In this document: positions 1-12,830 of the stretch, in pieces | How positions within the stretch are numbered: the first letter of the stretch is position 1 | Layout of the letters: each line of letters opens with the position of its first letter | Assembly: GCA_951406725.2 (NCBI GenBank) | Contig: OX597834.1 | Span: 21,576,001-21,640,000, forward strand | Direction: 5' to 3' | DNA from: Octopus vulgaris | Taxonomy: Eukaryota | DNA: 64,000 nt | The notes under the pieces: model-generated | Seen by the model: only the letters and a program-made list of their open reading frames with translations | Told to the model about the DNA's origin: nothing | The model's database searches: none | Program-made: the position numbers and the translations under genes

Positions 1-24
1 GTGCCTAGAGAAGAAAAATATCTT

Positions 25-205
25 TAGCATGCTGGGCGAAATGTTTAGTGGTATTTCATCTATCTTTACATTCTGAGTTGAGTTCAAATTCTGCTGAGGT
101 CGACTTTGCTTTACATCCTTCTGGGGGCATCGATAAATTAAGTACCAGTTACGTACTGGGGTCGATCTAATCGACTGGCCCCACCTCCCCCCAAATTCCA
201 GGCCT
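25..205 (+). mobile_element. SINE family A (tRNA-like head, Meta/MESC-like central domain)
   Basis: B-box-like GAGTTCAAATTC followed by GAGGTCGACTTTGC..CATCCTT..GATAAATTAAGTACCAG..CTGGGGTCGAT; this motif recurs about 20 times in the window. Confidence 0.8.
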
Positions 206-1343
206 AGGAATTTCAAAAGAAGTACCAATAAGACCAGTTTTCCAAACATCAAATAGCTATGAGGGCCCACCAGCATAAAATAGTAATCAAAGGGGTTACA
301 GAGATAAAAAAAGAATGGTTGAGACCTACTGGTCTAAACAGACTAGGGGTCTTTTAAACCCAGCTGTTAAATGGCCATGGAATCTACTGCATTCGTCTGC
401 CCTTTGACTGGTTTTGTTTATAAATTCTGCCGGGTTTCCAATGCCACCTTCATGACCAGAACAGGCTTGGTGAGGTTGTCAGTTGTCAGTTTAGTAATCA
501 ATGGTTTAACATTCAACAAGTTGTACTGGCTTACATGCAACCAGTAGCAGTGAGAGTGAACTAGCACACACACACACACACACTCATGTGCATCCATCCA
601 TACATTATACTTGAAGCTGATGAATCACTCTGTCCATACTACGTGTGATCATCCAAGTGGCAAACAGATATTAACGAATGATTGCACATAGAAAGGAACA
701 CTGAATAACAAGGATGTTAATGAACTCTACTACATATCTCAAGCACTCTATCCAGGTGTGCATGCATACGTACTCACATGTGTGTACGTCTGTGTGAGCA
801 TGCATGCTTGGAGGTACACACAACAAAAAGAATACTTAATACACCTGGTGGAGTTTTATTTGAAATGGCTCTGAGGAAGCTATAAGATATTGGATGAGCA
901 CTCAGCTGTGGGTGCACATTTACTTGTAGCAGAAACACATGTAAGCTAATGAAAGGGATTACATAACTCATACTGTTTCTCATTCTTTAATTGACATATC
1001 TATTCCTATTCATCTATCTGTCTATTTACATGTGTGTATGTATGTGTATATATATATATGTATATATATATAGAGAGAGAGAAAGACAGACAGACAGACA
1101 GACAGAGAAATAAATGCAATATTGATGAATAGGTTTATAGCTATATGTTGAGGGATATATAAAAACTGAAGTTAATATTTTCAAATGAAATACTGAAATA
1201 TTAATGGGAATTAATTTTCTTTTTCATAAATAAAATACTGATAAGGACTTTGAAGTTTTGGTGAAATTCCCTTTTTTTGCAAAGATGTGAATTTGGGAAA
1301 AACAGAATTTCACCTTTTTTTTACTGTGTATGAGTGCATATGT

Positions 1344-1390
<47 letters not shown>

Positions 1391-1406
1391 GAGGATGATG
1401 ATGAAG

Positions 1407-1445
<39 letters not shown>

Positions 1446-1821
1446 CACAAACACACACACATGAAAAAGAAGCAGCACTTGTATGTGTGGATGACAATAT
1501 ATACATATTTATATGTGTGTGTATGTATATGCACGCATATATCTATAGATATATATATACAGGCATATGTGAACATATATTCATGTAGATAGTTAAAGAG
1601 ATAGACAGCATTTATAGGATTTTTTTTTCTTTTTTTTGGGGGGGGTTCCATTAACTGACAAATCTCCTGGAAATGGATTCCATGTAAGGTATTACTTAAT
1701 TCCGTTTTGTCTCCTGCTGGGCCAATTCTCACCCCCCCCCAAAAAAACATGATTAGCTACAGACAGACATGTAATCTGAAAACATCAATTTTGGTGAATT
1801 CTTTCAAATGCACTCCATGTC

Positions 1822-1883
<62 letters not shown>

Positions 1884-2054
1884 TGACGTAAGTGCCATTC
1901 CTTCATTAAGATTTAGCAGTGTTGTTAGAGCACAAAACGAAACCCACTGCAGTATTTGCTTCCAGCTCTCAGGGTACTGAGTTCAATTCCTACCAGTTTC
2001 AACTTAGCTATTTTTTATTTTGTGGGGGATCAATAAAATAAACTATGAACCCAG

Positions 2055-2292
2055 AATGGTAAATTGGCAGACTTATTAAAGAGTCTGACAAAATTCCTTG
2101 TTCCAAAGTCAACGCTTTGCAGTATTTCTTCCGACTTATTACATTCAGAAATTGAAATCCCACCAAGGGCAACTTTGCCTTTCATCCTTTTAAGGGTCGA
2201 TGAAATAAGTACCAGTTATGCACTAGGGTTCAATGTAATCAACAAGTCCCCTCCTCCCAAAATTTCAGGCCTTGTTCCTTTAGTAGAAAGGA
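2055..2292 (+). mobile_element. SINE family A copy with (ATT)n tail
   Basis: TGGCAGA head, CTTTGCCTTCATCCTTTAAGGGTCGATGAAATAAGTACCAG body, ends GTAGAAAGG(ATT)n. Confidence 0.85.
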
Positions 2293-2334
2293 TTATTATA
2301 ATTATTATTATTATTATTATTATTATTACTCGTT

Positions 2335-2738
2335 ACTCTTTTACTCTTTTACTTGTTTCAGTCATTTGACTGCGGCCATGCTGGAGCACCACCTTTAATC
2401 GAGCAAATCGACCCGGGACTTATTCTTTTGTAAGCCCAGTACTTATTATATCGGTCTCTTTTGCCGAACCACTAAGTAATGGGGACATAAACACACCAGC
2501 ATCGGTTGTCAAGGAATGCTAGGGGGACAAACACAGACACACAAACATGCACACGCATATATATATATACATATATATGACAGGCTTCTTTCAGTTTCCG
2601 TCTACCAAATCCACTCACAATGCTTTGGTCGGCCTGAGGCTATAGTAGAAGACACTTGCCCAAGGTGACATGCAGTGGGACTGAACCCGGAACCATGTGG
2701 TTGGTAAACAAGCCACTTACCACACAGCCACTCCTGCA
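2335..2738 (-). mobile_element. SINE family B, full length (tRNA-like head, internal microsatellite, GTAAAAGA tail)
   Basis: Reverse complement of the + copies at 24578 and 53514: GCAGGAGTGGCTGTGTGGTAAG...GGTTCAGTCCCACTG...CAGCATGGCCGCAGTCAAATGACTGAAACAAGTAAAAGAG. Confidence 0.9.
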
Positions 2739-2755
2739 CCTTATTATTATTATTA

Positions 2756-3898
2756 TGGCGGTAAGCTGGCAGAATGGTTAGCATGCCAGGCGAAATATAT
2801 AGTGGTATTTCTTCTATCTTTACGTTCTGAGTTCAAATTCCATTGAGGTCGACTTTGCCTCTCATCCTTTTTGGGGTCAGTAAATGAAGTACCAGTTGAG
2901 TGCTGGGGGTCAGTTTAATTGACTGTCCCCCTCTCCATAAAATCTAGGCCTTGTGCCTATCGTAGAAAACATTACTATTATTATTATTATTATCATTATG
3001 ATGATGATGATGATGCTGATGATGAAGGTGGTGAGCTGGCAGAATCATTATGATGCTGAGCAAAATGCTTACAGGAATTTCAACCATCTTTATGTTCTGA
3101 GTTCAAATTCTGCTGAAGTCAGCTTTGCCTTTCATCCTCTTAGGGCTGATAGAATAAGTACCAGTTGAGCACTGGGGTCGATATAATTGACTTTCCCCCT
3201 CCTTGTGCCAAAATTTGAAACCCTTATTATGATGATTATTATTATTATTATTATTATTATGATGATGATGGTGATGATGATGAAGATGATTTAATGAGTT
3301 CACTTTTCAGTTTTTAAGATAAGATAGGATTGTAAGTAGTGTTGTTGACATCTATTTCTAGCAGAATCAAAAACCACTTGATGGCAGCTCTTTTGTGGAG
3401 GACTCATATAAGAACCAGTTACATACTAAAGTCAATACAATTGATTCTACCCCCACCACCCAATATCCACCCCACCCGCTCACTCACTCACTGCTTGTTC
3501 CCTCGGCTCTTTTTACTAAATTTGGCCAAGTGCCACACTGCCAGAAAGAAAGAAAGAAAGAAAAAATAACCCAACTTGGTAGATTTTCATTTTTATTCAT
3601 TCTATAAACATATGTTTTACTTCAACAAGGATGGGAAGCAGATATTTTCAAAGAATGTGCATCATTAATAGTTTTATGATAAAAAAAAAAGCAAAAAAAC
3701 AACACTAAAATGGAGGGAGGGAGGGTGGGTGGATATGTTTAAAGGGTAATGAAAAAACAACAAAAAACACAAACAAACATTTCTGAATTAAACAGACATT
3801 TGTGCTTTGGGTGGAGATTATTTTTTACAAAATATTTAATCAGTTCCTCTAAATTACACATTACTCATTCAGATGTAACTTATTATATTATTATTATA

Positions 3899-3942
<44 letters not shown>

Positions 3943-4775
3943 CATCACTATTACTGTTGTTGTTGTTGTTGTTATTAAGGGCAGTGAGCTGGCAGAATCG
4001 TTAGCATGCTGGGCAAAATGCTCAGTGGTGTTTCATCCATCTTCACATTCTGGGTTCAAGTTCTGCCGAAGTCGACTTTGCCTTTCATCCTCTCAGGGTC
4101 AATAAAATAACTCCTAGTTGAACACTAGGGTCAATTTAATCGACTTAGCCCTGCCCCGAAAACGGCTGCCCTTGTGGCAAAATTTGAAACCATTATTATT
4201 ATTATTATTATCATTATTATTATTATATAAAGGTGGCGAGATGGTAGAATCGTTAAGATGCGGGGCAAAATGCTGAGCAGTATTTCGTCTGCCGTTAGGT
4301 TTTGAGTTCAAATTCTGCCAAGGTAAACTTTGCCTTTCATCCTTTCAGGGTCAATAAAATTAGTACCGGTTATGTACTGGGGTTGATGTAATTGACTTAA
4401 TCCCTTCCTCCAAAATTTGAGGCCTTGTGCTTTCAGTAGAAAGGATTATTATTATTATTATTATTATTATTATCATTATTATTATTATTATTATTATTAT
4501 TTTTATTATCATTATTATTATTTTTATTATCATTATTATTATTATTATAATTATTATTATTATCATTATTATTAAGGCAGCAGGCTGGCTGAATTGTTAA
4601 CACAGCAGACTAAATGCTTCGCAGCATTTCGCCCATCTTCACAATCTGAGCTCTAACTCCACCAAGCTCAACTTTGTCCTCCATCCTTTCGGGGTCAATA
4701 AAATAAGCACCTGTTCAGTTCTGGGGCCAAGGTAATCGACTTATCCTCACCCTCGAAATTACCAAAAGTTGAAAC
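2756..4775 (+). mobile_element. Cluster of SINE A copies separated by (ATT)n and unique DNA
   Basis: + copies at about 2756-2970, 3025-3222, 3978-4110, 4231-4445 and 4575-4775, plus an inverted partial at 4114-4192. Confidence 0.85.
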
Positions 4776-5221
4776 CATTATTATTATTCTGAGAGCAGAC
4801 AGAATCATCGGCCTGTTGGACAAAATGGTTAGCAGCCTTGTGAGTGGATTTGATAGACAGAAAGTGAAAGAAGCCCATCGTATATATCTATCTAAATGTA
4901 TATATATGTGTGTGTGTGTATATGTTTGTGATTTAGTGTTTGTCCTCGCAACATTGCTTAACAACCGATGCTCGTACATTTTCATTCCTGTAACTTAGTG
5001 GTTGAGCAAAAGAGACCTGGAGTCGATTTGTTTGACTAAAGGTAGTGCTCTAGCATGGCCGCCGTTAAATGACAAACAGATATAAGAACAAAAGAATATT
5101 ATATATTGTATGTTATACGTTATATGTTATGCTTTAAGAACAAAAACATGATTGGATGTTATGCAGTGTTTTAATTCAATTTATTTTATTTTATTCTATT
5201 TTATTCTATTTTCTGTTTCAG

Positions 5222-5274
5222 CTAATGAAAAAGTAAAAGATATAAAGTTGAAACCAAAAACATCAGCCCAAATG
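5222..5274 (+). CDS. Candidate 53-nt internal coding exon (xNEKVKDIKLKPKTSAQM), gene unidentified
   Basis: Long T-rich tract ending TTTTCTGTTTCAG, consensus donor ATG|GTAAGT, open frame (phase 1 in, phase 0 out), non-repetitive sequence. No homology recognised. Confidence 0.45.
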
Positions 5275-5595
5275 GTAAGTCAAAATTCCTAAGCTCTCTG
5301 TCATTTTAGGGAATTTTACCGAAAAAGAATTCTCTTATCGTTTAAGCATCTAGGTTTTTGTTGAGGGAGAGAGAGAGAGAGATGTACGAATTACTAATAC
5401 TTTAGAAGAATAAAAAAGAAATTTAAATATACATATATGCATATATATATATATATATATATATATACATGCATAAATATAGGTGTGTATATATGTATGT
5501 ATACACATATATATGTGTGTGTATATATATATAAACACACATACTCATAAATACTAACATGTATTTGTATGTATACTTATGTATGATTGTGAGTC

Positions 5596-5680
<85 letters not shown>

Positions 5681-6040
5681 TTTTGTATGTATATATGTAT
5701 CTATATAGATACATAAATACATATGTACATACTTATATGCATATGTGTGTATGTGTGAGTATATACATAAATACACATTAATGCATTTGTATATGTACAT
5801 GTATATACACATATATACACACTTTTATCTGTCTATGTGTACATATATATGTATGTATATGTTTCTGTGTGTGTATACACACACATACATGTATAAGTGT
5901 GTCTGTCTGTGTGTATATATATACACACACACACACACACACATCTATATACCATGCTTAGACTCACACACACACATGCAACAAGCCAAAAGGTAACCTC
6001 CGCTTGTTTACCTAATCATTACAATTCCGTTCTCTTGCAG

Positions 6041-6065
6041 ACAAGACGAAAAGCATGGGAAGATG
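6041..6065 (+). CDS. Possible 25-nt microexon (TRRKAWED) with GC donor
   Basis: CCTAAT branch-like site about 25 nt upstream, TTCTCTTGCAG acceptor, G|GCGAGT donor; frame-compatible with 5222-5274. Confidence 0.22.
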
Positions 6066-6379
6066 GCGAGTGGGAGGGGTGGAACACAAGAAAATATCCC
6101 CTTCAACTGTTCATCTTACGTTTATTTAGGGGATATTTTTTGAAAACTTTTGCCGTTTTTTAATTTACTTCATGACACTTCTTATAATTACTGCATGCTA
6201 CGTCTTTGCAATTTATAGGATTCCAAACACGTTTATCTTGGAATAATTGCTAGAATTTGAAGGGAGGAGAATAGCTTTGGAGTTGTCTTTGGAGAGGGGT
6301 ATATTTAAGAATTAATTCCATGGAAAAAGACATGCATATGTACGCATGAATGTATATATGTAAGTATGTACAAATGTAT

Positions 6380-6393
6380 GTATGGGTATGTAC

Positions 6394-6427
<34 letters not shown>

Positions 6428-6550
6428 TTGAATATATACATATATATGTATGTATATATTTATATATGTGTGTATGTGAATATATACATATATATTTATT
6501 TATATATATATATATGTATATGTATATATGTATATATATATGTGTATATA

Positions 6551-6593
<43 letters not shown>

Positions 6594-6678
6594 ATATATA
6601 TGTGTATATATATATGTGTATATATATATATATATTTATCTATATATATGTATATATATATGTGTATATATATATGTG

Positions 6679-6737
<59 letters not shown>

Positions 6738-6760
6738 GTGCATATATGTGTGTGTGTTTG
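6380..6760. repeat. Compound (TG)n/(TA)n microsatellite with 60-bp periodic block
   Basis: Lines starting 6541, 6601 and 6661 all begin TGTGTATATATATATGTGTA. Confidence 0.85.
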
Positions 6761-6764
6761 TGTA

Positions 6765-7000
6765 ATGGCGGTGTATGACTTAATGATTAGGATGTTGGAT
6801 GCATGATCATATGATTGTGGTTTCAATCCCTGAACTGGGCGATGCATTGTATTCTTGAGCAAAACACTTCATTTCACATTGCACCAGTCCACTCAACTGG
6901 CAAAAATGAGTAATCCTGTGATGGACTGGCATCCCATCCAGGTGGTAAGGAATATATACACCACAAAACCCAGGTAACTGCCCTTATGAAGTTTTGGCTT
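6765..7000 (+). mobile_element. SINE family D (tRNA-derived, CORE-like domain), decayed
   Basis: GGTTTCAATCCC B-box-like, then TTGTATTCTTGAGCAAAACACTTCATTTCAC as in the copies at 41523 and 50198. Confidence 0.7.
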
Positions 7001-7179
7001 GGGAAAGACATTTGTTCGTTATATGTATAGATTTATTATTTGATAAATACCATATGTTTTTATCTGCTACTATTAGTTTCATGTGCTGAGGGCATGCTAG
7101 AGACATCTGGTGTCCTTGCACAATTATCAGGCACTGCCCACATGGCATATGCCATATGAAAATAAACAGAGAAAGGAAA

Positions 7180-7335
7180 AAACATGTAGAGTTCAGCGGT
7201 CCATTCTGTTGAAGAGCGTAGGCTCGAAATGTAAAAGACTTTTTCATTTTTCCTAAGCATCAAGCTGATACACTTGATTGTTGTTCATACACCTGTCTTC
7301 GTCTTATATTTTTCTATGAATTTAAATCATGTAAT
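7180..7335 (+). mobile_element. Penelope-like 3' terminal fragment with hammerhead-like motif, ending in (TA)n
   Basis: Homologous to the reverse complement of 61678-61860; motif at 7202-7237. Confidence 0.55.
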
Positions 7336-8507
7336 ATATATATATGTATGTGTGTGTGTATATATATATAGGTTTGGTATAGCAAGCAGGATTAAAAGAA
7401 GTCAAAGCATTAAAAGAAGTCAAAGATTAAAAGAAGTCAAATCCAGATTTGAAGTCAGACAGATATGTGCCATGTCCCCTGGTCCTTGACCCACTTTGGA
7501 ACTTCGGCCAATTGAAAATGAAATACATACACACACATTTATAATTGAAAGCTAGTTATGGTAAAATAAAAGTTTTGATGAATGGGATATTAGAAAGCTA
7601 ACTAGAAACACTATTTATTTTCTTTAAATCTGGTGCTTCTTCTAATGATCTATTTTTCCACAAGGCCATTATGGCCTTCACAACCGACGAATATGGTCAA
7701 GCCTTAAAAGGGCACAGTCAATGTGTCCTTTAAATCAGAAACTGAGGATTTTGTTTAAAGTGGATTTAGCTGCTATTTCTAGCATGGCGAGTGACCACAT
7801 ACAGGTGTCCACGTCTGTTCTTAGCTTTCGGGTTTTGGTTTGGTTTTGGAATGCTTTTGGTGAGATTCTAGTAGAATGATTGATGAACACTTAAAGTGTG
7901 GTTGACATGCCTTTACAATATTAGGGGAGACATCCTCTTCTACAGATGTCAGATATAAATAATGATGGTGGTGGTGGTGCGGATGGTGGTGGTGCGGATG
8001 GTGGTGATGATGGTAGTGATGATGATGATGATGATGATAGCGATGTTGATGGCGTTGATGATATTGGCAATGATAATGATGATGATGTTAACTATGATGA
8101 TGGTGATGATGACGATGGGAGCCACAGCCATGGTGGCGACAATGACGAGAGCCTTGTCTTTCAAAGATGATAGGGGAACCTGTTGAAGGAAGGTTCATTC
8201 GCTCACATGCTGGCTTTATTGAACAGAAGAAGAAACTGGGGAGAGAGAAAAAGGAAAGGCTCTGCTTGTCTCCCTTGATCATGAACGCACAAGCGCACAC
8301 ACACACACACACATACGCTCTCTGTGCAGAAGTATGTATATGCTAGAATGTACACACGTGTGTGCATGCATGTATAAATATGAACATGCTATTATACAGG
8401 CAAATAGTCAGATTCGCACACACATACACACACACACACCTACATATACATACATATATATATTAGTTTTGGGTCTCTATATACTTTCAAACATACACAC
8501 ACACGTG

Positions 8508-8545
<38 letters not shown>

Positions 8546-8672
8546 CTCATGATTATAATTATATACATGCATATATACTGGTTTACGTCCTCTCACACAT
8601 ATACATGAATACATTTGTACTGTGCTGCTATATATATATATGTATGTATGTATATGTATATGTATATGTATG

Positions 8673-8755
<83 letters not shown>

Positions 8756-9705
8756 ATGTGATGTGTCTATGTATGTACATACATGTGCAAGCATATACAT
8801 GCATGTATGTATGTTACAACACTCACACATACACACAAACATGTGTATATATATATATATGTATATGCTAGAACACATACAATTATCTATACACATATCT
8901 GCACACATATACACATGTATGCATATTAAAGGATGAAGAATTGTGGTTCTGAAATCCAAAGGCTATTCTCTTTCATGAGGAATTCTGGTTTGTTACTGTC
9001 ACAAACAAAACCAATAACTGTCATACACATACACAAACACATATACACATACATACATATACTATAGTACATACATACACACACACACATGTATATATTT
9101 CTACATGAATATATGTATATTTGTGTAAGAATATATATATATGTTTATGTGTATGTGTATATGTATGTATGAACTGTATATGTTGATATATATAGTGGGT
9201 GTGTTGCTGAATCTATACGTATAAATAATATATATGTAGATGTGTGTATATATAATATATATATCTATATATATATATATCAGTTATACATACATTTGTG
9301 CTTGTGTGAGTTTAATGAGAGTTATAGCAAGGGTACGAAGTATGGATGCCTATATATTACGCATCTAAAGACACATCTACATGTGTTTGCGTTTCTTTGA
9401 ATGTGTGTGTGTGTAGAAACAAAGGCAGACAGACGGACAGATGGACAGACTAAAAGGTGAATGGCCAGATGTAGTTTTATCATAAATGCTATTCCTCCTT
9501 CAACTATTCTCTACAATAATATTGATAATGAGATCAAAGTGAACTGCAAGAGCATGTCTATATACTCTTGCATACACATACACATATGTGTGTGTGTATG
9601 CAAGAGTATATAGATATGTATAATATATATACACACATACAAATGTATATAAAAATTCATATATATATATACACATACATATATATCTACACATACATAT
9701 ATATC

Positions 9706-9736
<31 letters not shown>

Positions 9737-10936
9737 ATATATATATACACACATGCAAATGTATATAAAAATATATATACATATATATACAGATACATAT
9801 ATATATCTACACATGCATATTATATGTGCAAATATATATATATATACACACATACAAATGCATATAAAATATATATACACACACACACATATATATATAT
9901 ATACATACTTATACATATATATCTACACATACATATCTCTGTGTGTGTGTATACCAATAAATTCTCTATTGTCTATCTACTTTATCTCTTCCTTTATACA
10001 CACTGCATGTTCAATTGATGCCACTACTTCCACCATCACCACAACCACAACCACCACCAATACCATCAGTGCTACCATGCCACTCATCAAGCCCAACCCT
10101 ACCAAACACAAGAATATGGTAAAAATGTCTATAGAAGGAAGAAGTCTACAGAAACCATATTTACATTTGTTTATTTTATCAAACATTAATATTGGTAAAG
10201 AAAAGAAGTGTTTTGTTTCATTTATATTCATTCAACCCACCCTATGCTTGTTGTTGCTGCTGCTGTTGTTGTTTTGGTTCTCTTGTTCATTTTTCATGTA
10301 CTAGTTTGTTTGTGTGTGTGGGTTTTTTAGAGTTTTTTTATATATTTGTTTCTTTCTTTGTTCTTTACCAAAAATTAACCCCTTGTAAATGTTCTTTGAA
10401 AAATCTTCGTCTGTACTGCATGTGATAAAACACAATCGATAGATGCCATTGGTAAGGCTTCAATAAAAAAAAAAGATTTTTTTTTAAAAGATCGGAGATG
10501 GGGAAAAGAAGAACAAAAATGCAAACATGGAGATATATCGTTTTGGAAGCACCAGTTCTGGTTTGATAAGCATATTTTAGTAATGCTGAAACAAGTTAAC
10601 AGGCACTCCATCATCAGTTGCGATGATGAAGGTTCTGGCTGGTTTCCTCAACAGAACAGCCCCCGCTCATGGAATTAACATGCAATTGGCTGAGCACTCC
10701 ACAAACATGCGGGCCCTTAATGTAGTTCCCAGTGAGGTTCATCATGATAACGAATGGGACAAGGCTGAACCCTTTGAAATACAGATATAACTCATGTTTG
10801 CCAGCTGAGTGGGCCGGAGTAACGGGAAATAAAGTGTCTTGCTCAAAGACAGAACAATCTTACTGTCATGGGCCAAATGCCCTAACCAGTAAGACACACA
10901 CCTTAACTATGTATGTATATAACGTGCATATATATA

Positions 10937-11040
10937 TCATCATCATCATCATCATCATCGTTTAACGTTCGCTTCCATGCTAGCATGGGTTGGACGGTTC
11001 AACTGGGGTCTGGCAAGCCCGAGGCTACACCAGGCCAGTC

Positions 11041-11042
<2 letters not shown>
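10937..11042 (-). mobile_element. SINE/retroposon family C 3' fragment ((GAT)n tail)
   Basis: (CAT)n CGTTTAACGTTCGCTTCCATGCTAGCATGGGTTGGACGG; more than 10 copies in the window. Confidence 0.85.
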
Positions 11043-11080
<38 letters not shown>

Positions 11081-11085
<5 letters not shown>

Positions 11086-11342
11086 AAATTTAAAGGACTG
11101 ACCACTAAAAGTGGACGGTCAACATGCTAGATATAGACGTCAAAATCGGTATTTTCCACAAAGAATGTGTTCTTTGTGGAAAATACCAATTTTGACGTCT
11201 ATATCGAGCATGTTGACCGTCCACTTTTAGTGGTCAATCCTTTAAATTTTGTATGTAAAAATATTTTAATCTTCGGATTTTTTTAATATGCTAGGCCTCT
11301 GGTTTTAATTGATTAATATCAATTTCTACCCTTATTAAATTT

Positions 11343-11343
<1 letters not shown>
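11081..11343 (+). mobile_element. Fold-back element in (TA)n: 85-bp inverted arms plus 89-bp tail (Penelope-like inverted pLTR)
   Basis: Arms 11081-11165 and 11170-11254, loop TGTG, 3 mismatches; unpaired tail 11255-11343; (TA)n on both sides. Confidence 0.7.
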
Positions 11344-11398
<55 letters not shown>

Positions 11399-11399
11399 C

Positions 11400-11742
11400 A
11401 CTTGTGGCCTTAATGGCACTTGTGCTGGTGGCACGTAAAAAAAGCATTCGAGCGTGGTCGTTGCCAGTGCCGCTGGAATGGCTCCTGTGCAGGTGGCACA
11501 TTAAAAGCACCATTTGAGCGTGGCTGTTGCCAGTACCGCCTGACTGGCCCTCGTGTCGGTGGCACGTAAGAGCACCCACTACACTCTTGGAGTGTTTGGC
11601 GTTAGGAAGGGCATCCAGCTGTAGAAACTCTGCCAAATCAGATTTGAGTCTGGTGCAGCCATTTGGTTCGCCAGACCTCAGCCAAATCGTCCAACCCATT
11701 CTAGCATGGAAAGCAAACGTTAAATGATGATGATGATGATGA
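11400..11742 (+). mobile_element. Family C retroposon
   Basis: Repeated GGTGGCACGTAAAAAGCAC subunits, GGCGTTAGGAAGGGCATCCAGCTGTAGAAAC, ends AACGTTAAAT(GAT)n. Confidence 0.85.
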
Positions 11743-12071
11743 TATATATATATTCACAATGACCTCGAACCCACAAGAGTAAGCAAGAGAGACAAGGACA
11801 AGCAGAAACAAGGAAAATGCTCCTTGTATTTGAATACTATGCAAGTATTCTTTTCTTTTTTTCCTTCTTTCTGTTTTTCTCTGTCTTTCTTCCCCTTCTT
11901 TTTCTATCACATGACTTTGTAAATAAACACTCTGGTGTCTTTATTTTAATTGCCTACCAATGTGTACAGTGAGTTTCTTTGCCCTAGGTGTTGGGAAGAC
12001 ACTTGGCAAGAAAGAGAAATAAAACTGAAAAGAAGATAATAATAATAATAATATTAATAATAATAATAATT

Positions 12072-12296
12072 AAAAAAAAAAAATATTCAGACAAATACAT
12101 TACAAAAACACCAGGACTTACAAACACATATAACATACAGAAAATTGCACTACTAGGCACTGCACACATCCTACGCAGAACACTTTCCATACAATAACCA
12201 TCAGAGCATCACAACAAATCACAGCACATACCCAAGGCACACAGAGCTGCGCTCGGTAGTGAAGTGAAAGCACGCTATAAAAATAAAGCTACTGAA
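12072..12296 (+). mobile_element. 5'-truncated R4/Dong-clade non-LTR retrotransposon 3' end in (TAA)n
   Basis: Encodes NIQKIALLGTAHILRRTLSIQ* (stop ends 12197), the typical C-terminus of R4-clade RLE elements; (TAA)n on both sides. Confidence 0.8.
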
Positions 12297-12319
12297 TAAT
12301 AATAATAATAATAATAATA

Positions 12320-12528
12320 AGCCTTTCTCCTAAAGGCGCAAAGCCTGAAATTTGATGGGAAGATACTAGTTAATTACATCAACCCCAGGATTTCACTGGT
12401 ACTTACTTAATTGACCCCGAAAGGATGAAAGGCAAAGTGGACCTTGGTGGAATTTGAACTCAGTACATAGTGACAGGCAAAATACCACCATGCACTTTGC
12501 CCAGTGTGATAATGATTCTATGAGCTCG

Positions 12529-12530
<2 letters not shown>
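12320..12530 (-). mobile_element. SINE A copy
   Basis: CTGGTACTT..GACCCCGAAAGGATGAAAGGCAAAGT..GAATTTGAACTC. Confidence 0.85.
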
Positions 12531-12569
<39 letters not shown>

Positions 12570-12789
12570 GTAATAGTAATAACTACAACAACAACAACAA
12601 TCAGTTGTCAAGGTTTTATTCTATATGATTGAAAGGTAGAAGAACGAACCGCCACAGAGTGAAGCCCTGGAATATATATTCTTTGGATAAAAAGAAATCC
12701 TGTCGTCCATCAGTTCTGAGTTCTTCCAGCATTGGTTCCATTCAAAGACATGACCTACAACATTGTTCTGTGACCTTTATTTCTTGCAG

Positions 12790-12830
12790 ACAAACACCCA
12801 CGCAGCATAGCAACAAACACACAGGACTAG
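12790..12830 (+). CDS. Possible terminal coding exon (DKHPRSIATNTQD*)
   Basis: CTTTATTTCTTGCAG acceptor; phase-1 frame ends at TAG 12828-12830; AATAAA at 13006 and 13029. Speculative. Confidence 0.18.

Noticed and set aside
2055-12296. SINE A mobilised by the Dong-like elements
   Set aside because: SINE A ends in sense-strand (ATT)n whereas the Dong fragments sit in sense-strand (TAA)n, and no shared 3' sequence was seen.
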